A stretch of 52,018 bases of DNA, filler included, from Catajapyx aquilonaris (Eukaryota): the NCBI GenBank assembly GCA_000934665.2. It is 3 parts of 3 records of this genome, joined end to end, with 100 filler letters (N's around TTAATTAATTAA, not from the genome) between each part and the next. Parts side by side here need not be neighbours in the genome. Positions count along the whole stretch, not along the records: positions 1 to 17,268 come from JYFJ02006988.1; 2 more parts are not named here. One strand, written 5' to 3'. This document shows positions 1-9,543 of the stretch, in pieces. The position numbers and the translations under genes were made by a program. Position 1 is the stretch's first letter. Each line of letters begins with the position of its first letter. The notes under the pieces are model-generated. The model did not search any database. It was not told the origin of the DNA and saw nothing but the letters and a program-made list of their open reading frames with translations.

Positions 1-1
1 T

Positions 2-997
2 AAAGACATCGACCCCGTCCAAGCGCTCCAGAAGCTGCCGCAACCGACGGTGAAAAATCTCCGGGGCCGAGCACACGCCATACGCCAAACGAGTGAAGCG
101 GCCGTACGGGGAGGAGAAGGTGCACAGCCTCGAGCTCTCCTCATCGAGGGGGATCTGCCAGAAGGCGCCCTTCGCGTCGAGTACCGTGAAGAATCGGGCC
201 CCCTGCAGCTTGGCGGTGATTTCCTCAACTGTGGGCAGCTGCAGATGTGAGCGCCGGATCGCCTTGTTCAAGTGGTGCGGGTCTAGGCAGAGTCGCAGCG
301 CCCCATCCGGCTTCTTTACTATCACCAGTGGATGCACCCACTCGGTCGGCTCCGTGACCCGAACCACCACACCCAGGTGTTCCATCCTCTCCAGTTCCTT
401 CCGCAGGGCAGGAAGCAGGGCAAACGGAACCCGCCGGGCCGGCACGACACACGGGGTAGCCCCCGGCGCCAACTGTATGCGCTCCGGGTTGGCGAGAGCA
501 CCCAACCCACGGAACACGTCATCATATTCCTCCACAATGGCCGCTGAAGAGGGACGCCCCGGGAGGGGACCAGGGGGTGGCGGCCCGACCCCGTCGATCC
601 TGGCGACCAGCTGCAGGGCCTCCGAGCACGCACGCAGCCCGAGGACAGGGTGGTAGTCGTCCGTCGTGACCAGAAAATGGAGGGCTGCCGTACGGCCCTT
701 AGCAGTGCAGCGGAGCACACACGCGCCCCTGAGTGGTATCCGTTGCCCCGTGTACGTCGCTAGGCGTTGAGAAGTAGGACTGACCTTCACCTCCGGCGCG
801 ACGCGGCGCAGCAGCCCCGCCGACACTACATTAGTCTGGGCCCCCGTGTCCAATTTGAAAGCAACCAGCCGCCCCTGCACCAGCACATCCTCCGTCCACT
901 CACGGGCTTTACTGCTGGGTTGGTCGACTGCAGCGACGACCTGGAGGCCATCCAAGTAAACGTCCTCCTGATCTTGGGCCGCCCGCTCCCCTTCCTC
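2..997 (-). CDS. Gypsy pol (protease + N-terminal reverse transcriptase), partial; in frame with gag after the TAG at 998-1000
   Basis: Manual translation after the TAG is open to the window edge: EEGERAAQ...VAFKLDTGAQTNVV...EYDDVFRGLG...RRVPFALLPALRKELERME...LRLCLDPHHLNKAIRR...FTVLDAKGAFWQIPLDEESSRLCTFSSPYGRFTRLAYGVCSAPEIF. Not listed in the ORF track, presumably because the frame has no stop inside the window. Confidence 0.9.
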
Positions 998-1840
998 CTA
1001 CAGCATGCCAGCACTGCGTTGACGGCACACCCGAGCGAAGTGATTCTGCTTTCCACAATTACGACAGACCTTACAGAATGCTGGACATTGACGGCGAGCA
1101 TGCGCTGTCCCACAGTTCCCACAGCGCGTCCCCGGGACGGGCCGCTGTTGTCGCTCGGCACCGACCGGTACGTCTGAATCACGGTCAGGCGTCACCCTGG
1201 CCTGCACTGGCGCCCTCGGAGATCGATGAGCCGGAGGTCCTGGTTGGAATCTCGCACCCGTACCCCTCTGTAGCACAGTGATGGAGGTGGTAGGCGCCTG
1301 GAACGCCACCAGCTGTGCGCGGGACATCTCGCCCGCGCGACACACGTCCAGCGCCTCCCGCAACATCAGGTTTGGCTTGCGGAGCATGGCCTCCCTATCC
1401 CGGTCACTGCGGACGCCCTGTATCAGTCTGTCCACCAGAAGGCCGTCATGGCGGTCCCCAAAATCACAGGTCCTCGCCCTAGTGCGGAGTTCCGTCACGT
1501 ACGCATCCACAGACTGACCTTGCTGTTGCACACACGTACCAAACTTGTGGCGCTCGTACGTGATGTTCCGGAGCGGCGCGAAGTGCGCTGTGAAGGCCGC
1601 CAAGTAGTAGTCCATCGTAGCTTCCAGTCCCTCTTCCGGTGGAGGTATCGTATTATATATATCCAGTCCTACCGGTCCCATCGCCGTCAGCAGTACCGCC
1701 ACCTTTCGTTCCTCCGCCACCCTGTCCAAGTTAGCGGCTGTCACATAGAATCTGAAGGCCTGCTCCCACTTCACCCAGTCATCTGCAGGAGCCTCCCCCA
1801 GCTGCAGGTGGGGAGGCGGTGTCAGGTGAAGCGCCATCAC
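998..1840 (-). CDS. Gypsy gag (capsid-like domain + two zinc knuckles)
   Basis: 280-aa ORF with W..WEQAF, NITYERHKF...QQQGQSVDAYVTELRTRARTCDFG, and C-terminal CGNCGTAH...CPAFCKVCRNCGKQNHFARVC, typical of K02A2.6-like gag. Confidence 0.92.
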   Translation of the reverse strand: MMALHLTPPPHLQLGEAPADDWVKWEQAFRFYVTAANLDRVAEERKVAVLLTAMGPVGLDIYNTIPPPEEGLEATMDYYLAAFTAHFAPLRNITYERHKFGTCVQQQGQSVDAYVTELRTRARTCDFGDRHDGLLVDRLIQGVRSDRDREAMLRKPNLMLREALDVCRAGEMSRAQLVAFQAPTTSITVLQRGTGARFQPGPPAHRSPRAPVQARVTPDRDSDVPVGAERQQRPVPGTRCGNCGTAHARRQCPAFCKVCRNCGKQNHFARVCRQRSAGML

Positions 1841-1892
1841 TGTCTCTCGGGGCTAGTGGGTCGTCTCGTCTCTGCCACTTTGGAAACTGACT

Positions 1893-1910
1893 ATCCCACC
1901 GCTGCCACCA
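1893..1910 (-). promoter_or_regulatory. Primer-binding site complementary to the tRNA-Leu 3' end
   Basis: Minus strand reads TGGTGGCAGCGGTGGGAT directly after the LTR end (..TAACA). It is complementary to ..ATCCCACCGCTGCCACCA, the 3' end of eukaryotic tRNA-Leu(AAG/TAG) as I recall it. Confidence 0.85.
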
Positions 1911-2207
1911 TGTTATGTGCTTATGCAACTAGCACATAAGGATTAGTCTCGGGGATAATAACACACTTGATTCTAATAGCACTCTGTATTAGGTCCCAGA
2001 TATTGTACAGCAACGGCTTTAGAGGCCTGGCTTGCACTGATGATCTCGTGGGCCATAGGGAGAGGTCTTGCCTCAGGTGGGGAGAGGAGGCGGAGGATTA
2101 CACCACCGATTGCAACAACCCGAGCGCCCCACTGGCCGGCCTCGGTTAGGGGGAAAATCCCACGAGATCACCAGTGCTGGAAACAGTCTGAATATCGTAC
2201 TACAACA
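1911..2207 (-). repeat. 5' LTR of the Gypsy element (~297 bp)
   Basis: Bounded by TGTT..AACA inverted ends and abuts the PBS; flanking AT-rich sequence resumes at 2208. The partner LTR is outside the window. Confidence 0.75.
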
Positions 2208-2239
2208 GTAACCTACTCTTTTATGCCACTCATTATACT

Positions 2240-2800
2240 GTATTTCAAGGGACAAATAATGTGGCTTGCATGTCCAATTCAATCAATTAGTTAATTTGCA
2301 TATGTGGTCAATAAAACTGCCAGCGCATGCTTGTAAGCTGTAAAAGACGTTTTAAAGAAGGGAAAGCAGTTCAGGAGAAGAATTTTTATTTCTAATAGAG
2401 GATTGCACAAGGGGTTAACCACTCGACTGTAAAGTGTACACTGGAGTACCAAATTCAAGGAATACCAAAGAGTAAGGTAACTAAGGAGTACCACTCGCAG
2501 GTGTACACCGGAGTAGCTACCGAAGTGGTTACCCCCTTGGGATTGCAGATAAAAAGAGATTGTCTCTAGCACAGCACTCAAAATATCCATCCAATGGCCA
2601 TGAATACCTCTGATTTTCATAAAAATCCCTCCACGTTTTCTTGCATCTGAGAAGGTTACAACAATGTCTCTCAAATGCCTTGGCACAACAATGACATGCA
2701 GGGTATGGTCTCTCATCAGAATAAACAAGTGACTGTTTAATCCTGATCCTCGTCATTTGTCGGATTGGAGTGGCCTGTCCTTACCATTAACTACCTTGAC
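2240..2800 (-). pseudogene. Decayed copy of the C2H2 gene's terminal exon/3'UTR module
   Basis: Contains VYSDERPYPACHCCAKAFE (degenerate linker and finger) and the block tttaaagaagggaaagcagtt...tttttattt..atagaggattgca shared with 3090-3290 and 5520-5720. Confidence 0.6.
2408..2539. mobile_element. MITE (CAAGGGG..CCCCTTG termini, 8-bp TSD; hAT or P superfamily)
   Basis: TIR caaggggttaaccactcg / cgaagtggttacccccttg; TSD ggattgca at 2400-2407 and 2540-2547; second copy at 13157-13304. Confidence 0.9.
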
Positions 2801-3299
2801 ATACATGCCCTCTTATTAACTTATAAAATATGATAATAGCTGTATATCTATCGTATAATCATATCAGTTGTTAAATATTACAACTAATATATTATATAGT
2901 GTATTATTAGTTACATATATCAGCAAATGAGTCTTATATTATTATACTACAATCAAGATATTACAATGCAGGTTTCTCTACCATATGCTGTAATGCTTGT
3001 TAATGTTTCAAGTGCTAATTGTTGCATATCCATCATCATGATCATCATCCATCACAGCGTATCCCAAATATTTGCCTGCATGCCAGCATAGTTGGTTGCA
3101 TATCATCCAATCTGATTAATTATTAAATTTCGCTCAGATGTAGGTCATTGAAACCACCAGCTGCACAAGAGAATTTAAAGAAGAGAAAGCAGTTTAGGAC
3201 AAGATTTTTTATTTCCACAGTATCGGATTGCATATAAAAAATAGAGCTTGTCTCTCATGAAGGACGGTTTAATCCTGAGGAACGTTTGAAGCAATTTCC

Positions 3300-4379
3300 T
3301 CATTTGCTACATTTGGGTGGCTTTTTGTTACCGTGTACTCTATTGACATGCGCTTGGACACGACTCTTGCCTGCAAATCTTTTCCCGCAAACATCACAAG
3401 CGTAAGGCCTCTCCCCAGTGTGCCTCTGCCGAATGTGGACCTTAAGAACGCTCTTCCCTGCGAAAGACTTGGAACAATGGTGGCATTTCACCCGATTTGG
3501 TTGTATCTTATTATGACTCCTCATATTATGGTTGTAAAGAGCCCGTCTCAACTTAAAGCCTTTCCCACATTCTGTGCACACGTGAGATTTATCTTCCGTG
3601 TGTAGGAACTTGTGTTCTTTCAAATAACTTTTTTGACGAAAAGCCTTACCACACACGTCACATTCAAAGGGCCTTTCTCCAGTGTGAGTAGTGCCATGGC
3701 TTACCAAACTACGCTTGGTAGTGAATCTTATTCCGCACACAGTGCACCTGAACCTTCTCTCTGAGTCTGCCTCAATGTGCCTCTTCAAGTGACGCTTGAG
3801 GTATTTTTCATTTTTAAAAATGGAGGGGCAGAATTTGCATTTCAATAATTCCTTCTGCTCAGCATGTATCAACTTCTTGTGAAGTTTCAATGTCTGCATA
3901 TACTTAAATCTACTGTTGCAAACATCGCATGCAAAGGGTTTCTCTTCCACATGTACACTTGCATGTGTCTTCAACATAGATTTGCTTACAAATGCCTTGT
4001 CGCACACTCTGCAAACATGAATTCTCTGGTGCGCTCTGACGTGAGCCCGTAATGAGCATCTATTGCTGTAGGACTTGTTGCAAATCTGACAGGCGAATTT
4101 ACGACCAACGTCATGGGAGGAAGCATGAAGCTGCAGCCAGTGCTCTGAGAAAAAGGACATGTCACATCTGGTGCACTTGTGGGGCTTCTCTTCCAGATGG
4201 GCTTCCTTATGCTTGCTCAGAGCTACCAAATTCTTGCATATCTGTCCACAAAGGTCACATGGGAAAGTACTGTGGGCACGTCTGTGGGCTCTGGACTTCT
4301 TTTCCTCATCAAATACCATCCCGCAGTCTTGGCAAGGGAAAGAAGTCAGCTCCTTCGTGTTCTCTTGATTTGCGCTTGC
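3300..4379 (-). CDS. Zinc-finger array exon (12 C2H2 fingers) of the C2H2 gene
   Basis: Open frame CQDCGMVF..H through CDVCGKRFAGKSRVQAHVNRVH; the 339-aa ORF of the track extended 20 codons to the AG acceptor. Confidence 0.93.
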   Translation of the reverse strand, partial: ASANQENTKELTSFPCQDCGMVFDEEKKSRAHRRAHSTFPCDLCGQICKNLVALSKHKEAHLEEKPHKCTRCDMSFFSEHWLQLHASSHDVGRKFACQICNKSYSNRCSLRAHVRAHQRIHVCRVCDKAFVSKSMLKTHASVHVEEKPFACDVCNSRFKYMQTLKLHKKLIHAEQKELLKCKFCPSIFKNEKYLKRHLKRHIEADSERRFRCTVCGIRFTTKRSLVSHGTTHTGERPFECDVCGKAFRQKSYLKEHKFLHTEDKSHVCTECGKGFKLRRALYNHNMRSHNKIQPNRVKCHHCSKSFAGKSVLKVHIRQRHTGERPYACDVCGKRFAGKSRVQAHVNRVHGNKKPPKCSK

Positions 4380-7348
4380 CTACAAAAAAATAATATAATA
4401 AAATTATTAACAATACCATTCTGGTTTGAATGCTGTGCAACCCACATTTCCATTATTCTGACTCTCATATGAAAGGTTCTGATTTGCCATCCTGAAACGC
4501 TTCAGAATTGCTGTTGTTTGAGGATCTTGAACTGCGTCTGGCTCTGGTTTGACACTGATGGGCACTGGGGCGTTTTCTCCCACACCATGTGCCTCCTCTT
4601 CATGTCCCACTGATGGCTAAAATTAAAAGCATGGATGGGTTAAGCATCATATTAACCCTGTATGCCCATCATAGTGTGAGGCAACAACTATTGCACACAC
4701 GTCATAAGCTTTAAAACTGATCCTGTAAAAATGCACATTGTGGCTCGAAGGCGATAGTTAGTTCCTAGCTTCCACCAATGTCCAATGGCAGGAAAGTCTA
4801 CAAATGATACCGATTTGAATTGGATAGAAGCCATTTCATTACAAGTGGTGCGTTGTTTGAGTGGACTGAAGCAGCAATTGTTTTGGAGATGTTTTGATAT
4901 AGGTGCGGACAAGACGTATTCCATTACAAGTCTCAAACTGCGAAGAAGAGACCTGTTGCAGCCATTTGTGGCCATTCTAATTGTTGCCAGCACTATTCAT
5001 CACAATTTGTTGGCGGCACATGCACAATGTCACTGGAGCAATGAATCATAAATCATTTTGCATATTTTTTATTTAATAATGGTAAAGTATGCAGAGATGA
5101 TCTTTACTACGCTTCGAAGGTCTGGTGATTACAAATTGGACTGGGATATAGATGTCGTCTGTAATCGCCGGAGCTTCAAAACCTAGCAAAGGTCATCTCC
5201 GGACTTGTTACTTTTTATGAATAAAAAAAATGCATGCAATGACTTTTGACTCAACCCATGTAACTTCAATGTCACTGGTTAAGAAATGAGCAAAACATGA
5301 TAAAATCAATCCATACGTCGCTTGTGGTGAGAATAAGGCGTCAGGATATTTTTATTTGAATGAGCAGTTCTCCGATATCATGGAGATGGATTCATCAAAC
5401 ATAGCAAGTTAAATTTTCGTCGTAACCAGTCGTAACCATAGGTTACCTTATTTCACTATGTATATTACGGGTATATTATGAAGATTTCGCATTAATAATT
5501 ATGCTGTTATGACAGTAACGTTTCAAGGGCCAAATAGATATGGACATGTGGTTGCATATCCTGTTTTAATAATAATTAGTTAAATTCCACTCAGATATTA
5601 CAGTCATTAAAACCACCAGCACTTGTAATCAAGCTGCAAAATGAGGGTTTAAAGAAGGGAAAGCAGTTGAGGAAATGATTTTTATTTCCAATAGCGAATT
5701 GCAGAATATAAAATAATAGCCTAATTGAGGTTGTCTACCACATTTTTCAAAGCATTTCCTCGAATGGTCCTGAATACCTTTTGATTTTGATTAAAGTCGC
5801 AGCATTTTTTATTGCGCCTGAGAAGGTCACATTGTCTCATAAATTCCGTGTCACAACCAAGGCTTGGGAATAGTCACACGTATATGGATTAACAGTCATG
5901 TAGTTTTCTCATTTTCTGCATTTCAGTGGCTTATCCTTACTGTGTACTACCTTAAGGTAGTACAGAGTAAGGATTATTGACATGCCGTATGATATTTTGT
6001 CTGCTTGCAAATCTTTTCCCGATAGCATCACAAGCATAAGGCCTCTCCCCAGTGTGCCTCTGCCGAATGTGGGCCTCAACAACATTCTTCCTTCTGAAAG
6101 ACTGAGGATAATGGGGGCAGATGACAAGTTTTGGTGGAATCTTATGACTCCTCGTGTGATAGTAAAGAGCACTTCTTGACTTCAAGCACTTCCCACATTC
6201 TCTGTAAACTTGAGATTCATCTTCCACGTGCAGCAAATTGTGCATTCTCAAATTAAGCGTAAATTTTTTTTAAAGGCAATTGATATTGTCATCACAGATG
6301 CTTTGAATGCTATGTGACCAACCTTTCCCTTCTCCAGACTATCATCTGAATGGTTCTTCTTTGCCATCCTGAAACGCTTCTGAATATGTGTTGTGCAATG
6401 ACCTCGGGCTGTGTCTGGCTCTGGCTTGACACTGACTGTCAAGATCAAACCACTGTCTGCAGCCGCATTTTCATCCACACCCTCTGCCTCCTCTTCCTTT
6501 GCCAACAACGGCTGAAATTAAACCCATGCCATGGATGGATTAATAATCAGGACCGCAATGAGCCGACAGCCTTACAATTTCACATTCACCACCTGATTCC
6601 GCATCACGTTCTCTCATACAGGCAACTTTATAATCTATATCTTTAAAATGAGGGGCTTAGAACAAATGTGGCCCATGTCCATTTTTGCCACTGCTGAGAA
6701 ACGACTGCCATCACGCTCAGAACACTACTCCAAGTTGGTTCAAAGTTGGTGTAGGTCCTAATTTGGACATTTGGCCAGTAGATGAAGTAATCATATTTAC
6801 GTTCCAAGGGCCATGGGGCATTTCAGGTCAATTTTTGTAGCATTTTTTTTTGGACTTGGGCCACTTTTGTTCTAAGCGCCTCAATAAATGCTTTGTTGCT
6901 TGTCTATAATAGTAAAGGCAAAGTTTGTTTACATGTTACTCACCCAGGTGATTGTTGATTATATTACCATGGAAACAGGCTGAAGAGCAGGTTTCACTGC
7001 TTGTTCCTTGTTAGCTAATCGAGCCGGGGGTGGATTCAACAAATGTCGTAAGTCAGTATTTCCGTTATAATTGGTCGTAACCATATTAACTAACTATGGT
7101 TACGACAAAAATTTGACTTACAACATTTGATGAATCCACCCCCTGCTCTACATTATTACCTCCACATTCCCATCATCTTCCTCCACTTCCACACCTCTAG
7201 CCCCTGAAAGGTATTCCTTAAAGAAGCCAGGGTCGTCCTCCAGGCAGGAAGGCGTCTCCTCCTTTATCTGCATGAGCCAAGTCTCCTCTGTCGTGATGTC
7301 CTCGTCCTCATCCTCCGCTTCCTTTTTAATGTTTCGTAGCAATGACAT
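3300..7348 (-). CDS. C2H2 zinc-finger transcription factor, ~479 aa, 12 fingers; predicted join(7348..7160, 4616..4446, 4379..3300)
   Basis: An acidic IKKE/IKEE exon ends GAG|gtaata at 7160. Acceptor ttttag|CCA at 4616, donor AAT|gtgggt at 4446, acceptor ttgtag|GCA at 4379; all phase 0. The last exon encodes 12 C2H2 fingers with HTGERP-type linkers. AATAAA lies ~90 nt after the stop. Confidence 0.8.
5520..6251 (-). pseudogene. Frameshifted, truncated duplicate of the zinc-finger exon plus its 3'UTR
   Basis: LHVEDESQVYRECGKCLKSRSALYYHTRSHK...HIRQRHTGERPYACDAIGKRFAS mirrors fingers 10-12 of the intact exon but with lost cysteines and a frameshift. Nucleotides at 6038-6072 are near-identical to 3404-3438. 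Confidence 0.85.
6323..6511 (-). CDS. Duplicate of exon 4446-4616 (possible alternative/cassette exon, 63 codons, phase 0-0)
   Basis: Acceptor tttcag|CCG, donor AAG|gttggt; PLLAKEEEAEGVDENA..SVKPEPD..KRFRMAK parallels PSVGHEEEAHGVGENA..SVKPEPD..KRFRMAN; no stops. Confidence 0.55.
6650..6882. mobile_element. MITE with GAG..CTC termini (Sola-like, tentative)
   Basis: ~31-bp TIR gaggggcttagaacaaatgtggcccatgtcc / ggacttgggccacttttgttctaagcgcctc. Confidence 0.7.
7025..7145. mobile_element. Short MITE family (copies also at 39373-39494 and a half copy at ~5385-5450)
   Basis: TIR gggggtggattcaacaaatgtcgtaagtca / tgacttacaacatttgatgaatccacccc; clear similarity to the other two loci. Confidence 0.75.
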
Positions 7349-7789
7349 GCTAGGCTGTTGTCCTGGCTACAGTAAATTTTTTTAGCAAAGTCATGGCCAA
7401 AATTTCATACCCATTCTGTACTCATTTTCGTACCAACTTGTAAGTCAGCCTGCAGGCCTCAAGTTTTCTTGGTTTTTCCAGGTTTGGGTTACGTCCAGGT
7501 TACGTGGACATCTTTCCACGCCTTTCACTTTGACTTCCGCCTATGAAAAAATGGGCAAATGGCCACCTAATTAACAAAAATAATGATTAATTACCTGAAG
7601 TGAAGCACGTTGCTGGACCGTGCTGGACAAAAAGAAGAAGCAACACTCGTCGCCACTAATTTGTTTCCTAACGGCGCGGCGCGGCGTAGCGATCGAGTGA
7701 CTTCGAACAAAAATATCTGAGCAGTTGGAAGAGCTTCTATTTTAGAAGAGCTCCACCAGGACTTGCATTCAAGCAGTAAATGAGAGACT

Positions 7790-7950
7790 GGAAAAGAGTT
7801 GGGAAAAATATATTTTTTTATACTTCCAATAGAGGATTGCATATGAATAATACAGCTTCTCTCATATAGTGCAGTCATTTTAGACAAAGATTTCGGCATC
7901 AGGTAAAAGAATTCCTTACAAGCATGAGATTTGGTATATGTGTAGTATTT
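7790..7950 (-). pseudogene. Fourth, highly decayed remnant of the zinc-finger terminal module
   Basis: ggaaaagagttgggaaaa..ttccaatagaggattgcatatg..agcttctctcat matches the shared 3'UTR block; YTKSHACKE resembles EDKSHVCTE. Confidence 0.45.
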
Positions 7951-8860
7951 GATCACCCTTGTAACATACTAAAGTCCTCGAAAATCAATGCTGTGCGACG
8001 GCCGCCATCTTGGAAAATGGCGGCCGAAATCCCATTTTTCACACTTACCTCGGGAAATGCGCATGTTATCAAAATGTTTTTTAAACAAAAAATGTTGGCT
8101 ATGCAATTGCCCATATCATTTACTCGTAGCATTTTTTGATTAACCTTGCCACTATGCCAGAAATCTAATTTCTAATGTTGAAAAATATGCCAAAGCCACA
8201 AGCAAATTAAACGCATTGTGACAGGTAAAGTGGTATTTATTTGTCCTCGTTCCAGTTCTACAAAGGAATAGGCTAAGTGTGTAACTGAAACATCAACATG
8301 TGTGACCCTGCTGCCAACTAGCACCAACTTTTCCTAAAGACCCCACCTGATCCAGCAGTGCCACTCTGCTACCTTCCCTAACAGCCATCCTACAACACGA
8401 TGGGATGCTGCACCCCGTAGTCCCTCTCACTCCCAGGCCTAGTGCACAGTAACAGCTCTTGATTTTACTGACGACAACAACCCTGCTTGGCACAATTGCG
8501 GGGCCTTCGTGGGCTGCTGAGTGGACCTATAAAGCTATGACCCCCCCAAAAATTGCTTTTTCCCTCCATTGTACAATAACTGAAAGGCTTAAGTCAAAAT
8601 GGCTGTAATAAGTGCCAAAAATAAAAAAGTTGAGTTATGTGTGCAAAAGTGATGTATATGACATGCTTAATAAGGTCAGAATGGGTGCAGGTATGTATTT
8701 ATTAAAATATAGTTATTAATATTATTATCAATGGGGAATATAATTGTTGAATATTATTCAATACTCCAATGTGGAGGGTAGGAGGGGAAGAATGATCTTG
8801 GGAGGAAGAAGAGGAGCCACATCTTGAGAGGGGACCAAAAGCACCTGGGTAGGTACTGTA

Positions 8861-9225
8861 GGGTTCAAATACTTTTGGCCAGTTCATCCTGGTCTTGAAG
8901 CAACCCTTCACACCCACATTCCTGCGCCCCATAGGCTGTGGGGGCAAGAAAAACCCATTTTCGAAGCAAGTGTAAACTGGTCTAACCTAACCATACCTAA
9001 CCTACCCTAACCTACCTATCCTAGGCTGAGAAAAATGGACTTTTGTAAAACCCTACATAACGGAATTGTGGGGGACATGTCCCCACTGAAGCAGTATCCC
9101 TCCCTGCGTTTTTGCTGTGGGGACGCGAAATGTCCCCACAATTTGGACCATGTCCCCAGAGCTATACAGTCAAAACACCAACCTTAGTCCCCAGACCCTA
9201 TGCGGGACCTGAACACACACACACC
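8861..9225. mobile_element. Composite non-autonomous DNA-element fragments with (CCTAA)-like repeats and a (CA)n end
   Basis: Starts with the same 45-bp terminus as the MITE at 33219-33352; contains taacctaacc repeats (8983-9021), gtggggac/gtccccac short inverted motifs, and ends in acacacac. Confidence 0.5.
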
Positions 9226-9543
9226 TACGTGCAAAACCCAATAGTACAGCATATACTCATGGCACTTACATCTTTTTAGATTCGGCTGGCGGGCACATTC
9301 AGCTTTCTTACTTACCCTTTGGCACTTATTACATCACTAGCGTACCCGTAGCCAAAATTTGGCAAAACCTGCAATGAGGACAATGGGAATGAAAAAATGG
9401 GATGAGAGGCCTCTCGGAGTGACAACTAAGAAATAGCGTATATCTGGTCGTAAGACGGGGTTGAAAAATTTAGTGGCATTGAATCAATGGACATACTGTA
9501 GGCTATAGGCTACTTCTTGAGTCGGACATGAGAAAAGTCTTTT

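Larger units (their letters stand above)
1..2207 (-). mobile_element. Ty3/Gypsy LTR retrotransposon (K02A2.6/Mag-like), 5' portion; runs off the left window edge
   Basis: On the minus strand the order is LTR (2207-1911), PBS (1910-1893), gag with zinc knuckles, aspartic protease FKLDTGA, then RT motifs (WVHPLVIVKKPDGALRLCLD, VLDAKGAFWQIPL, APEIF, DGVDVF..). Confidence 0.95.

Noticed and set aside
50..1939. Many plus-strand ORFs over the Gypsy element
   Set aside because: Antisense shadows of the GC-rich gag-pol frame, with no independent motifs.
4652..5282. Possible piggyBac-like element (TTAA-CCCT start, GG-TTAA end)
   Set aside because: The two ends are not convincing inverted repeats and no transposase remnant is visible.
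7645..7656. TGGCGACGAG on the minus strand, resembling a Gypsy PBS
   Set aside because: No adjacent LTR end or gag. It lies just before a donor (cag|gtaatt, ~7594) and is better read as part of a 5'UTR exon.
7954..8687. CACCC..GGGTG-bounded segment as a single Chapaev/Transib-like element
   Set aside because: Only the terminal 5 bp match and there is no TSD; probably unrelated TE fragments.
8983..9021. (CCTAA)n as a telomeric array
   Set aside because: Short, degenerate and embedded in a TE-like fragment.
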